64,000 bases of DNA, taken from assembly GCA_963842525.1 (NCBI GenBank), contig CAWJGT010000023.1:224001-288000 (forward strand), written 5' to 3'. Under the pieces are notes generated by a model. The model saw only the letters and a program-made list of their open reading frames with translations, was not told the origin of the DNA and ran no database searches. The position numbers and the translations under genes were made by a program. Shown one piece after another: positions 29,601-37,243 of the stretch. Position 1 is the stretch's first letter. Each line of letters starts with the position of its first letter. Source of the DNA: an uncultured Holophagales bacterium. GTDB lineage: Bacteria > Acidobacteriota > Thermoanaerobaculia > Multivoradales > UBA5704.

Positions 29601-32166
29601 CATGAGGCCGGAACAGCGGCCAGGCATAGCGGCCGTTCTTCGGGTTGAACTTGACCTCGGGCCTCACTCCCGGGGTGGGCGACTTCCAGTTGGCCATCGC
29701 CAAGGTCTCTTCCGGCTCGCCGAAGGCCTTGTAGGTGGCGTTGGGGGACCCGGTGGTGGTCCAATTCCACACCGTCGCGTCGTTGGCGTCGATGCGCACG
29801 CCCGGCGGCGGAAGCTGGTCCGCGATCCAGTCGGAGAGCTTCACCTGGGTAAAGGGGTTCGAGAAGCTGCTGTCGGCGACGATCGTGCGGCCCCAATCCA
29901 CGCTCAGGCCGATGAGCTGGCCGGCCGAGACCGCCGCTGCCGGCGGCGTGTTGGACGGCGCCTGGCTGTCGGAGAACACGTTGTCGGACTGGAACAGGTC
30001 CGGGTCCGCGAACAGCGCATGGCCGTGGATCTCGTTCTCCGCCGTCTGCTGGGTGGCATAGACGCGCCAGAACGACCACATGCCGGCGACGTAGTGATGG
30101 CCGATGTGGCAGTGGAAGAGGAACTCGCCCTCGCCCTGCTGGCAGCCGCCCGCACCGCACTCGTGCTCGAGGTTGTAGCTGCTGCCGGGTCCGATCGACT
30201 GCGAGTCGAGATGGACCGACTTGAGGGTCTGGTTCGGGACCTTGGTCAGGCCCTTCCAGAAGTTGCTGTTGGGATCGGCGTCGGGATTGCGCCGCCAGCG
30301 GTCACCGCCGCCGTGCAGATGGTGCACGTGGAAGATCTCGGTGCCGGCGTGGAGCACCCGCGTCTTGGTCGCCTCACCCAGGTAGGAGCGCGGCATCGGC
30401 GTCGGCGGATCGCCGAACGGGTACGAGGCGTAGCTCAGGTTCTTGCCGTGCCGGATGCTGCCTACGGCATTGCCGAGGATCAGGTCGTTCAGCTCGATGC
30501 GGCGGCGGAACGGCTCGCTCCGGTAGTTGATGGCACGGCCCACGATCTTGTAGGCGCCGGACAAGGCATTGTTGTCCAGGTGGGGCAGGATCGCGCCCTT
30601 GAAATCGAAGAGGCCGCGGAAGTTCTCGGCGCCGAACTCGTGATACAGGACCACGAACTCGCGGAAGCTCTTGCCGTCCGGCCGGTCGTGCACATTGGGG
30701 TCTTTGATGATCGCTTCCCAGGTGCTGCCGGTCACGGTGTCGAGCGGCTGGCCGGTCTCGACGTCAAGGTAGGTCGAGCCCTCCGGCTCGGCCACCAGGG
30801 CGCCGAACAACCCCAGGCCCTGGCGCAGGCGCCAGTCGAAGCGGCCCGGAGCCGGCGGGTTCATTCCCACGACAGTGCCGGCGCCATGATCGTGGAAGTG
30901 ATAGGCGCGCTCGGCGGCGGGGTCCTTGGGGATCGGGATCTCGTAGGTGACGGTCTGCCCGGCAGCGGCATAGCTGGGGGCGTTCTGGCCGACCGCGCTG
31001 CCCGCGTTCTGGACCGTGTGCGACAGGCCCAGGATGTGCAGCGACGTCGGGTGCCCGTCGACGAGGTCGTTGGTGAAGTGGATCCGCACGCAGTCGCCCA
31101 GGTTGGCGCGGATCACCAGCGGCTGGATCGGGTCCTTGCGCAGGCCCGGGGTCACGCGGGTGATGCCAGGCAGGTCTGCGTTGACGTTGTTGGCGGCGAC
31201 CAGGGCCGCCCGGCTGTTGATCAGGTCCTGCTCGAAGGCCCGAATCGCCGGGATGTTGGCCTCCAGGGCGTACATGAACCCAGGCACGAAGTCGAAATAG
31301 CGGTTGACGGTGTGGACCACGTTGATCGCGTGGACCCTGTACTCCTTGACCGGCCCGCCGGCGGTGCAGGCGTTGTACGGCGCGCCGCCGCCGGTGGGAG
31401 CCACGACCTGCCCGGCATAGGACTGGCCCACGCCGTTGCCGTAGCAGAACCCCAGCAGGCCCACGACGGCGATGGCGCCGAGGCGTACCGGCCGGGCCCA
31501 CCAGCGCAGGAAGGCGAGAGTCTGCTCGCGGTCCGCCCGCGGCAGCCCGGCGCGGTGCCTGAGGAACAGGCCGAGCAGCAGCAGGGGCAGCAGCGCCGCA
31601 AACTGGATCAGCAGGGCGCTGGCGCCGGCCTCGATCCGGTACATGAGCGGCATCCCGGGGGCGTCGGGATCGCCGACGAGGCCCGGATTGCGCACCGAGG
31701 CGAAGGAGCAGAGCTGCTTCGGCTGCTGCACCGTGAGCTCGGTGCTCTGCACCTGGGTGACCTGCACCTCGGCCAGCGACAGGCCATAGGTGTTGCCCAT
31801 CCATTCATGGGCCAGGTCCCGGGTGCCGGCCACCGGCACCATCAGGACGAGGAACACGAGGGAGACCAGGCCGGCGATACCCAGCAGGCCGGACCACTCC
31901 CCCGCTTCCATGTGGAACCTGCGGGCCAGCCGGGTGCCCGCCCACAGGGCGAGCCCCACGAGGGGCAGCACCATGGCGAGGTCCAGAGCCATGTGCGCGC
32001 CCACGCCGGTCAGGTTCCAGTCGACCGGGTTCATCGCCGCATTGAGCAGATACTCCCATGCGACGACGGCGAGGGACAACAGCACCGCCAGCCTCGGCTT
32101 CGTCAACCGGGCCCGGCGTGCTGCTCCCTCATCTTGAGTCTTGGAGACCGTGAACAATGAATCCAT
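26629..32166 (-). CDS. Very large multi-domain multicopper oxidase (MnxG-like) with an N-terminal polytopic membrane region
   Basis: 1845 aa from AAGGAGG-ATG; motifs PLVIRANLGDCV, SLH, YHFHDH, HVHHLHG, FHCHIGHHYVAGMW, NIHSH, FFHTH. Confidence 0.8.
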   Translation of the reverse strand: MDSLFTVSKTQDEGAARRARLTKPRLAVLLSLAVVAWEYLLNAAMNPVDWNLTGVGAHMALDLAMVLPLVGLALWAGTRLARRFHMEAGEWSGLLGIAGLVSLVFLVLMVPVAGTRDLAHEWMGNTYGLSLAEVQVTQVQSTELTVQQPKQLCSFASVRNPGLVGDPDAPGMPLMYRIEAGASALLIQFAALLPLLLLGLFLRHRAGLPRADREQTLAFLRWWARPVRLGAIAVVGLLGFCYGNGVGQSYAGQVVAPTGGGAPYNACTAGGPVKEYRVHAINVVHTVNRYFDFVPGFMYALEANIPAIRAFEQDLINSRAALVAANNVNADLPGITRVTPGLRKDPIQPLVIRANLGDCVRIHFTNDLVDGHPTSLHILGLSHTVQNAGSAVGQNAPSYAAAGQTVTYEIPIPKDPAAERAYHFHDHGAGTVVGMNPPAPGRFDWRLRQGLGLFGALVAEPEGSTYLDVETGQPLDTVTGSTWEAIIKDPNVHDRPDGKSFREFVVLYHEFGAENFRGLFDFKGAILPHLDNNALSGAYKIVGRAINYRSEPFRRRIELNDLILGNAVGSIRHGKNLSYASYPFGDPPTPMPRSYLGEATKTRVLHAGTEIFHVHHLHGGGDRWRRNPDADPNSNFWKGLTKVPNQTLKSVHLDSQSIGPGSSYNLEHECGAGGCQQGEGEFLFHCHIGHHYVAGMWSFWRVYATQQTAENEIHGHALFADPDLFQSDNVFSDSQAPSNTPPAAAVSAGQLIGLSVDWGRTIVADSSFSNPFTQVKLSDWIADQLPPPGVRIDANDATVWNWTTTGSPNATYKAFGEPEETLAMANWKSPTPGVRPEVKFNPKNGRYAWPLFRPHAAQRPPFTARHSGSPWLGEQMIPGRYDGLCANNLVHPNVFVGLKAQRFYPVSAVKLDIDVTKATPPGRPSKTDPDGMLFVLNEHKDAILANPPTKPREPLAIRSNVGDCVEIIFTNEIADSGLNNNWSKVNIHSHFVQFDTQASDGVITGFSYEQSVRPYATENRTLTQDADQFSSTLKVTNVTNLRVGIWIGIGLGEGTCGSILGQPFPCTEIRKITGITGTDTITLNLPLLLDHDIGEAVGVEFVRYNWYSDVDFGTVFFHTHVESKDWDHGLFGAHIVEPKGSTYHDPVTGDEIRAGTLADIHVNPFFGGKPVAAGVNGSFREFMAFVHNQNPVVGGFDLGGGTINLRAEPWSLRPGDAAYRFSSVTHGDPFTQEVRAYAGDPVVFRGMGLIEKVGGIRVTGHRFNIERYNANSDLRDTTFLGISERYDFSLEGGAGGPKKYPGDYMYYSTLARDFEAGAWGLLRVYDQQKGDLKPLPGFGYPNGSSGFPAFTAAAGAPDPPGPPPTSLADGPGDACPAGATRKTYNLSIADTSIIYNDALPGQAGVAYFLNGDPITNTRTPIVVRVNKGQCLQVNLTNLRTSRRSGFSVGELLFDPQRSYGAAIGLNYDSTVGPGSTRTYEYYADKDLGLTLALNLADSDSLAVGAWGGVVVEPEGSTYRSPGTLNPLPGGGVGIQADIVKDGLATREFVALFMDAEDEMNQDRMPYPPQPEFTNSVSYSNEPWSLRNFIADPANVFRTALFGDPRHVVTVPKGASLIYRAGVPWAETPHLPTVEGHRYLQEPGMPGSEVLWNDVLAPGMTLNMEYIGGAGGDLQAPGDYLFLERSQNFLQTGLWNILRVTDPGAGGALVATDVITVTAVEAKGGRTTVRGVVSPKPAGDTVGRLAVFGGAAAKGRCTGQRLGNAQVNRGNGRWQFDLGATAPRQVCFQSPGGGVASGPTAGLVTERTQRLQEAAQEILRGRDLKVQFEQEFAELEEMEADENERQ

Positions 32167-32552
32167 GCCTTCCTCCTTTGCCAGAGGGCCCCCCGAAAGG
32201 GAAGGACCCTGGACAGCGCGGAACGGAGGTCCGGGCAAAGCCCGGCGGCAGGGAAAACGCCACTCCTCAGTGCTGGTCGTACCGAGTTGTCAGGCAGCGC
32301 TCGACCTGACCGATCGACAGCTCATCTCCTGGAGGCACGACTTGGCGTCGTGTCCGGAGAGCACGTCCACGGTGATGAAAGGCACGAAACCTGGGAGACG
32401 GTCGCGTTGGGGCAGGAATGCTTAGATGGGTGCGCCGAGTGCCCCCTCCACAAAATCAAGAACTTCAGGATCTCCCATAGTATAGAGTGCGGCGCTCGTC
32501 GAAAGCGTGACAAGCTTGTTGAAATGACTTCCCATCCCGTCGATGGGCGGAT

Positions 32553-33083
32553 CTACTTGACCTCGAACGAAGCGTCCGCGCGAGCCTCGGCCCCGCTGTT
32601 GCGGTCGCGCGCCACGGCGACCACCTTGTAGGTGCCGGCGAGGTCCTTCGGCTCGAGCTGGATCTTCATATAGGAGGTGCCGAGCTGGATGATCCCGGGG
32701 TGCGGCGCCTTCTGGTTGCGCCAGAGCGGGGCTCCCTTGCGGTTTTCAAAGGCCGAGCCGCGAGGGTCGATGCCGAGCAGGTCGAGGTCGACGTTGCACT
32801 TGCCGGCATTGTCCGGCTTGCAGTTCTGGAAGAAGACGAACGCGGCGATGGGCTTGCCGCGCGGAGCGACCTTGACCGGCTGGGCGATGGCATGCTTGCC
32901 GTCCGGCCCTGTCGTGGGGCGGAACACCTTGTCGGGCTCCGCCGTGACCAGCAGGCGGATGTCGAGCTTCCCCATCGGAACCGCTCCCGGTGTGGCCGGC
33001 GTGCGGGCCTGTGGGAGAGCCGATGGGACGGCGGTCAGGAGCGAGGCGAAGAAGGCCAGGGAGAAAAGAGTCGGGCGCATCAT
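32553..33083 (-). CDS. Hypothetical secreted protein
   Basis: Signal peptide MMRPTLFSLAFFASLLTAVPSA; beta-rich; C-terminal FEVK. Confidence 0.6.
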   Translation of the reverse strand: MMRPTLFSLAFFASLLTAVPSALPQARTPATPGAVPMGKLDIRLLVTAEPDKVFRPTTGPDGKHAIAQPVKVAPRGKPIAAFVFFQNCKPDNAGKCNVDLDLLGIDPRGSAFENRKGAPLWRNQKAPHPGIIQLGTSYMKIQLEPKDLAGTYKVVAVARDRNSGAEARADASFEVK

Positions 33084-33208
33084 AGGACGGATTCTGCCAT
33101 AGACCTCCACTCGATTCCTTCTGGAGGGCTTCCCCTGGTCGTTGTCGTATCGTCAAAAGGCTACCTCCGGCTTGCACCGGCGGATCGAAGATGGTCTGAT
33201 CGGGAGCT

Positions 33209-34507
33209 GTGACGACGGCCACCGAGACCCATCGCGCGATCGACGCAGTCTGGAGGATCGAGTCGGCCCGGCTCATCGCCGGCCTCGCGCGGATCGTGCG
33301 CGACGTTGGACTTGCCGAGGAGCTCGCGCAGGATGCTCTCGTCGTCGCGCTGGAGCAGTGGCCGGAGTCGGGCGTCCCGCGCAACCCGGGCGCCTGGCTC
33401 ATGGCCACGGCGAAGCACCGCGCGATCGACCAGATCCGTCGAAGGACGATGCTCGAGCGCAAGCACGAGGAGCTCGGGCGCGACCTGGAAGCCCGGCAGG
33501 AGTTGGCCGTGGCAGAGCTCAATGCCGCGATCGCCGCGATCGACGACCCCGTCGGCGACGATCTCCTGCGCCTCATCTTCACGGCCTGCCATCCTGTCCT
33601 CTCGACCGAGGCGCGCGTTGCGCTCACGCTCCGCCTGCTCGGAGGCCTGACGACCGACGAGATCGCGCGGGCCTTCCTCGTCCCGGAGCCGACCGTCGCC
33701 CAGCGCATCGTCCGGGCCAAGCGGACCCTCGCCGAGGCGCGCGTCCCTTTCGAGGTCCCCCGCGGCGCCGAGCTCGCCGCCCGCCTGTCCTCGGTGCTGG
33801 AGGTGATCTACCTCGTCTTCAACGAGGGCTACTCGGCGACCGCCGGCGACGACTGGATGCGGCCCGGGCTCTGCGAGGATGCGCTCCGTCTCGGCCGGAT
33901 CCTGGCCGAGCTCGCCCCCGACGAGCCCGAGGCCCACGGCCTCGTCGCGCTGATGGAGATCCAGGCGTCGCGCTCCTGGGCGCGCGTCGGCTCGTCGGGG
34001 GAGCCCATCCTCCTCCTCGATCAGAACCGCGTGCTCTGGGACCGGCTTTTCATCCGCCGCGGCCTCGCGGCGCTCGAACGAGCCGAGACGCTCGGCGGCG
34101 CGCTCGGCCCGTATGCATTACAGGCCGCAATCGCCGCCTGTCACGCGCGAGCGCAGACCGCGGAGGAGACGGACTGGGTGCGCATCGCGGCGCTCTACCA
34201 GGCCCTCGCCCAGGTTGCGCCGTCACCCGTCGTGGAGCTGAATCGAGCGGTCGCGCTCGCCATGGCGTTCGGCCCAGCCGTGGGCCTCGAGCTCGCCGAT
34301 ACGCTGACCGCCGAGCCGTCGCTCAAGAGCTACCATCTCTTGCCGAGCGTCCGCGGCGACCTCCTCGCCAAGCTCGACCGCTTCGACGAGGCCCGGGTGG
34401 AATTCGAGCGCGCGGCCTCGCTCACCCGCAACACCCGCGAGCGCGAGCTGCTCCTCGAACGCGCCGCCGCCTGCGCACGCAGGCCGGCAACACTCGAGCC
34501 GCAGTAA
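33209..34507 (+). CDS. ECF RNA polymerase sigma factor with C-terminal TPR (COG4941/ECF42-type)
   Basis: AVWRIESARLIA, LAEELAQDA, DDLLRLIFTACHP, LIFNEGY-like LVFNEGY, GPYALQAAIAACHA. Confidence 0.9.
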   Translation: MTTATETHRAIDAVWRIESARLIAGLARIVRDVGLAEELAQDALVVALEQWPESGVPRNPGAWLMATAKHRAIDQIRRRTMLERKHEELGRDLEARQELAVAELNAAIAAIDDPVGDDLLRLIFTACHPVLSTEARVALTLRLLGGLTTDEIARAFLVPEPTVAQRIVRAKRTLAEARVPFEVPRGAELAARLSSVLEVIYLVFNEGYSATAGDDWMRPGLCEDALRLGRILAELAPDEPEAHGLVALMEIQASRSWARVGSSGEPILLLDQNRVLWDRLFIRRGLAALERAETLGGALGPYALQAAIAACHARAQTAEETDWVRIAALYQALAQVAPSPVVELNRAVALAMAFGPAVGLELADTLTAEPSLKSYHLLPSVRGDLLAKLDRFDEARVEFERAASLTRNTRERELLLERAAACARRPATLEPQ

Positions 34508-34722
34508 GAGGGCGTCTGGAAAACTCTGCTGCGGGCGTCGCCTTGGCCCCTCCCCCCCGGCCCCTCTCCCATCCGCACTCACACCCGCCCGGGAGAGGGG
34601 AGCCCCCACCCAGGAGCTTCCTGATCATGCATTTCTCCCCTCTCCCGGGGGAAGGGAGTGCGGATGGGAGAGGGGCCGGGGGTGAGGGACCAGGGCTCGC
34701 GCAGGAATTTCCAGACACGCTC
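34508..34722. mobile_element. MITE-like element: terminal inverted repeats enclosing a family-1 palindromic repeat (34548-34688)
   Basis: GAGGGCGTCTGGAAA at 34508 pairs with TTTCCAGACACGCTC ending 34722; internal CCCCTCTCCCAT...ATGGGAGAGGGGCCGGGGGTGAGGG. Confidence 0.55.
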
Positions 34723-34729
34723 GAAGAGC

Positions 34730-35302
34730 CTATTCACCGCCCTTGGGGATTTCCAGGCGGCGCCATCCCTCATGGCCGAGGCGGCGCATCGTCTCGATGT
34801 TCTTTTCGGAAATTTCGGAGGTGTCGGGAACAGAGGCCACCGCGCGCTCGACGCTCGCCTCGCGCAGCAGATGGAGCATCGGATAGGGCGAGCGATTGGT
34901 GTAGTTCCCGATGTCGTCCGGCTCCGTGCCGGCGAACTGGTACCGGGGGTGGAAGCTGGCGACCTGGATCTCCCCCTCCAACCCCAGATCGGCGACGGCG
35001 GCGTCGGCGACGTCCAGGAAGTCGTTGTAGTCCGGGAAGTCGCCGAGCACCCGGGGATGGATCAGCAGCGTGGTGTCGATCGCCTCCGGATCGGCCGCCG
35101 CCAGCGCCCGCAGCTCGTCGTTCAGATCGGCCAGGAGATCCTCCGGCGCCTCCGCTTCACTGACCACGTACCGGATCTGGTCCCGGACATGGACCGCCCG
35201 GGCGAACGGGCACAGGTCGAGGCCGATGACGGCCTTTTCGAGCCAGGCCCTGGTCGCGGCGATGACCTCTTCGTGGGGCGGGTCGGTGGTGTGAGGATCC
35301 AT
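34730..35302 (-). CDS. DUF1415 family protein
   Basis: WLEKAVIGLDLCPFA, TTLLIHP, QVASFHP.YQFAG, NYTNRSPYPMLHLLRE. Confidence 0.9.
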   Translation of the reverse strand: MDPHTTDPPHEEVIAATRAWLEKAVIGLDLCPFARAVHVRDQIRYVVSEAEAPEDLLADLNDELRALAAADPEAIDTTLLIHPRVLGDFPDYNDFLDVADAAVADLGLEGEIQVASFHPRYQFAGTEPDDIGNYTNRSPYPMLHLLREASVERAVASVPDTSEISEKNIETMRRLGHEGWRRLEIPKGGE

Positions 35303-35638
35303 GGCGCTTGGGGGCTGTCGCCTCACCGCTCCCGGTGGGGATGATCCCATTTCATAGTATCGACCGGCAGCCCTGCAGGTGTGGAGAGATCGTACCAGGG
35401 TATCAACTGTTGACCTCTTTGGAGGCCGCCCCCTTCGAGGGTGACGGTCTGAGGAGCTCTGCGCGAAGGAAACACTTGGCCGGCGGAATCCGTATACATA
35501 TAGCTTCGAGCATATGCAGGGTAACCGATTTTGACCGCTCCCCACATCGCCTCGACAGCGTCAATCCGTCGCGGGATCGGATCGTGACGTTCATAGGGAA
35601 CCGCGCTCCGAGCCGCGTCTTCTGAAAGGAGCAGACTG

Positions 35639-35998
35639 ATGAGAAAGCCGCTTTACGCCTTTCTACTTGTCGCCATCGCCCTGATCGCTGCGCCAGTGCT
35701 GGCCCAGCCCTCCGTCACCGTCAATGGTCCGTCGAGCGTCACGATCGTCGACACCTGTGAGAACGTGAGCTGGACCTGTTCCCCCAGCGGCGGCGTGCCG
35801 CCCTATGTCTGGTATGCGTGGAGGCGGAACGGGGCGCTGGTGGCTGAAGGCGAGAGCGTCACCGGCTATACGAAGGCGTACTGCCATCCCGAGGGCTCCC
35901 CGCCGCCGCCCTTCACCGACACGATCTCCTGCACCGTCACCGACAGCAACGGCCGCGATGGCGTCGGCTCGAAGAACACGACGATCACCTTCCAGTAA
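35639..35998 (+). CDS. Small secreted Cys-containing Ig/PKD-like protein
   Basis: AAGGAG RBS, signal peptide ending VLA, SGGVPPY.W..W, CTVTDS. Confidence 0.65.
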   Translation: MRKPLYAFLLVAIALIAAPVLAQPSVTVNGPSSVTIVDTCENVSWTCSPSGGVPPYVWYAWRRNGALVAEGESVTGYTKAYCHPEGSPPPPFTDTISCTVTDSNGRDGVGSKNTTITFQ

Positions 35999-36006
35999 GG
36001 AAAGCT

Positions 36007-36041
36007 GAGGCCCAGGCTCCAGGGAAAGGAGCCGGGGCCTC
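36007..36041 (+). terminator. Hairpin after the 35639 gene
   Basis: GAGGCCCAGGCTCC...GGAGCCGGGGCCTC. Confidence 0.5.
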
Positions 36042-36059
36042 TGTCATGCCTGGGCGAGT

Positions 36060-36385
36060 TGGTGAACCGGTCGTGATTCGCCGTGAACGGAGACGAGATC
36101 GCCGCGAACGCGGCCGATTCATGATGAACGGGGCTGATTCACGGGAAACGGCTTCGCGGTCACGGCGAATCGGGCCGGTTCACGGCGAATCGGGCCGAGA
36201 TCATGACGAACAGCGGCCGGATCGCCGCGATGAGGGCCGGTTCACCATGAATCGGCCCGCGTTCACGGCAAATCAGAGCCAGTTCACCGTGAATTGGCCC
36301 GCGTTCATGGCAAACTAGAGCCAGTTCACCGTGAATTGGCCCGCGTTCGTGGCAAACTAGAGCCAGTTCACCGTGAATCGGGACC
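36060..36385. repeat. 21/42-bp period tandem repeat
   Basis: 42-bp units at 36276, 36318 and 36360 (GAGCCAGTTCACCGTGAATTGGCCCGCGTTC...), preceded by degenerate TTCAC/GTGAA units. Confidence 0.75.
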
Positions 36386-36511
36386 GGTGCTGTTCGCCCG
36401 CCAAATAATAGCACGCGGCTCCCCTCTCCCGGGCGGCGGGTTGCGGACAAGGAGTAGATTGGCGTATCCTTACGTAACCTAGACGGCCAGGCCTAGTAAG
36501 GGAGAGCATGA

Positions 36512-36772
36512 GTGCCTGAGATCAGCCGATTCTTCGGAATCATCGTTTTGATGTACTTCAACGATCACCCTCCGCCCCACTTTCACGTCCGCTATGCTGG
36601 ACAGCGGGCGCTTATCGGCATCGAGTCGCTTACCATCCTTGAGGGGAAGTTGTCGCCGAGGGTTCTAGGGCTGGTTGTCGAGTGGGCGTCCATGCATCAG
36701 GAAGAGCTCATGGTCGATTGGGAGCTTGCTCGGAGGCAGGTGCCTCTTGAGCCCATTGTTCCTCTGGAGTAA
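36512..36772 (+). CDS. DUF4160 family protein (putative TA component)
   Basis: MPEISRFFGI...NDHPPPHFHVRY...EWASMHQEELM..W. Confidence 0.92.
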   Translation: MPEISRFFGIIVLMYFNDHPPPHFHVRYAGQRALIGIESLTILEGKLSPRVLGLVVEWASMHQEELMVDWELARRQVPLEPIVPLE

Positions 36773-36777
36773 GAAAC

Positions 36778-37056
36778 ATGCTTAAAGACATCGTTGAAGC
36801 TCGGTCTATCGGCGGGCATCGGCTCTACATTCGGTTCGAGGATGGAGTCGAGGGAGAGATCGATCTCGAAGCGTTGATCCCCTTCAAGGGAGTCTTTGAG
36901 CCTCTCAAGGATCCAGATGAGGTCGCGAAGGTGAGGGTTGATTCCGAGCTTGGTACGATCTGCTGGGAGAGTGGCGCCGACCTTGATCCTGACGTGCTTT
37001 ATGCGGAACTGACTGGTGAACCGATCCAGCTTCGGGAATCGGCCTCCACTCGCTGA
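36778..37056 (+). CDS. DUF2442 family protein (putative TA component)
   Basis: L.IRFEDG..GEIDL, GTICW.SGADLDPDVLY. Confidence 0.9.
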   Translation: MLKDIVEARSIGGHRLYIRFEDGVEGEIDLEALIPFKGVFEPLKDPDEVAKVRVDSELGTICWESGADLDPDVLYAELTGEPIQLRESASTR

Positions 37057-37109
37057 GAGAGGCCCAAAATCAGGCTATGCCGCTTTCAAAGTAGGGGCCC
37101 TTCGCCGAA

Positions 37110-37215
37110 AAAGGCCCCAGAGGGGCCCACGGCGTGTAGCCCGGGGTCAGAGCGACGAAGGAGCGGCGACCCCGGGTAAATAGCCGAAATATTTCCAAGC
37201 CCCAGAGGGGCGGCA
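37110..37215. repeat. Family-2 REP-like element
   Basis: GCCCCAGAGGGGC twice, flanking TAGCCCGGGGTC...GACCCCGGG; same architecture as the inserts at 54480 and 57998. Confidence 0.55.
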
Positions 37216-37243
37216 GCAGATGCGACAGGGCACGGGCAACTCC

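Noticed and set aside
27259-32160. 1633-aa antisense ORF (and similar ones at 20226-22742, 18677-20761, 59757-61610)
   Set aside because: These are shadow ORFs caused by high-GC codon bias on the opposite strand; they have no motifs or RBS.
35596-35625. ECF-type promoter GGAAC...CGTC/TCTGA upstream of the 35639 gene
   Set aside because: The spacing is off-consensus and it would place the transcription start within the RBS.
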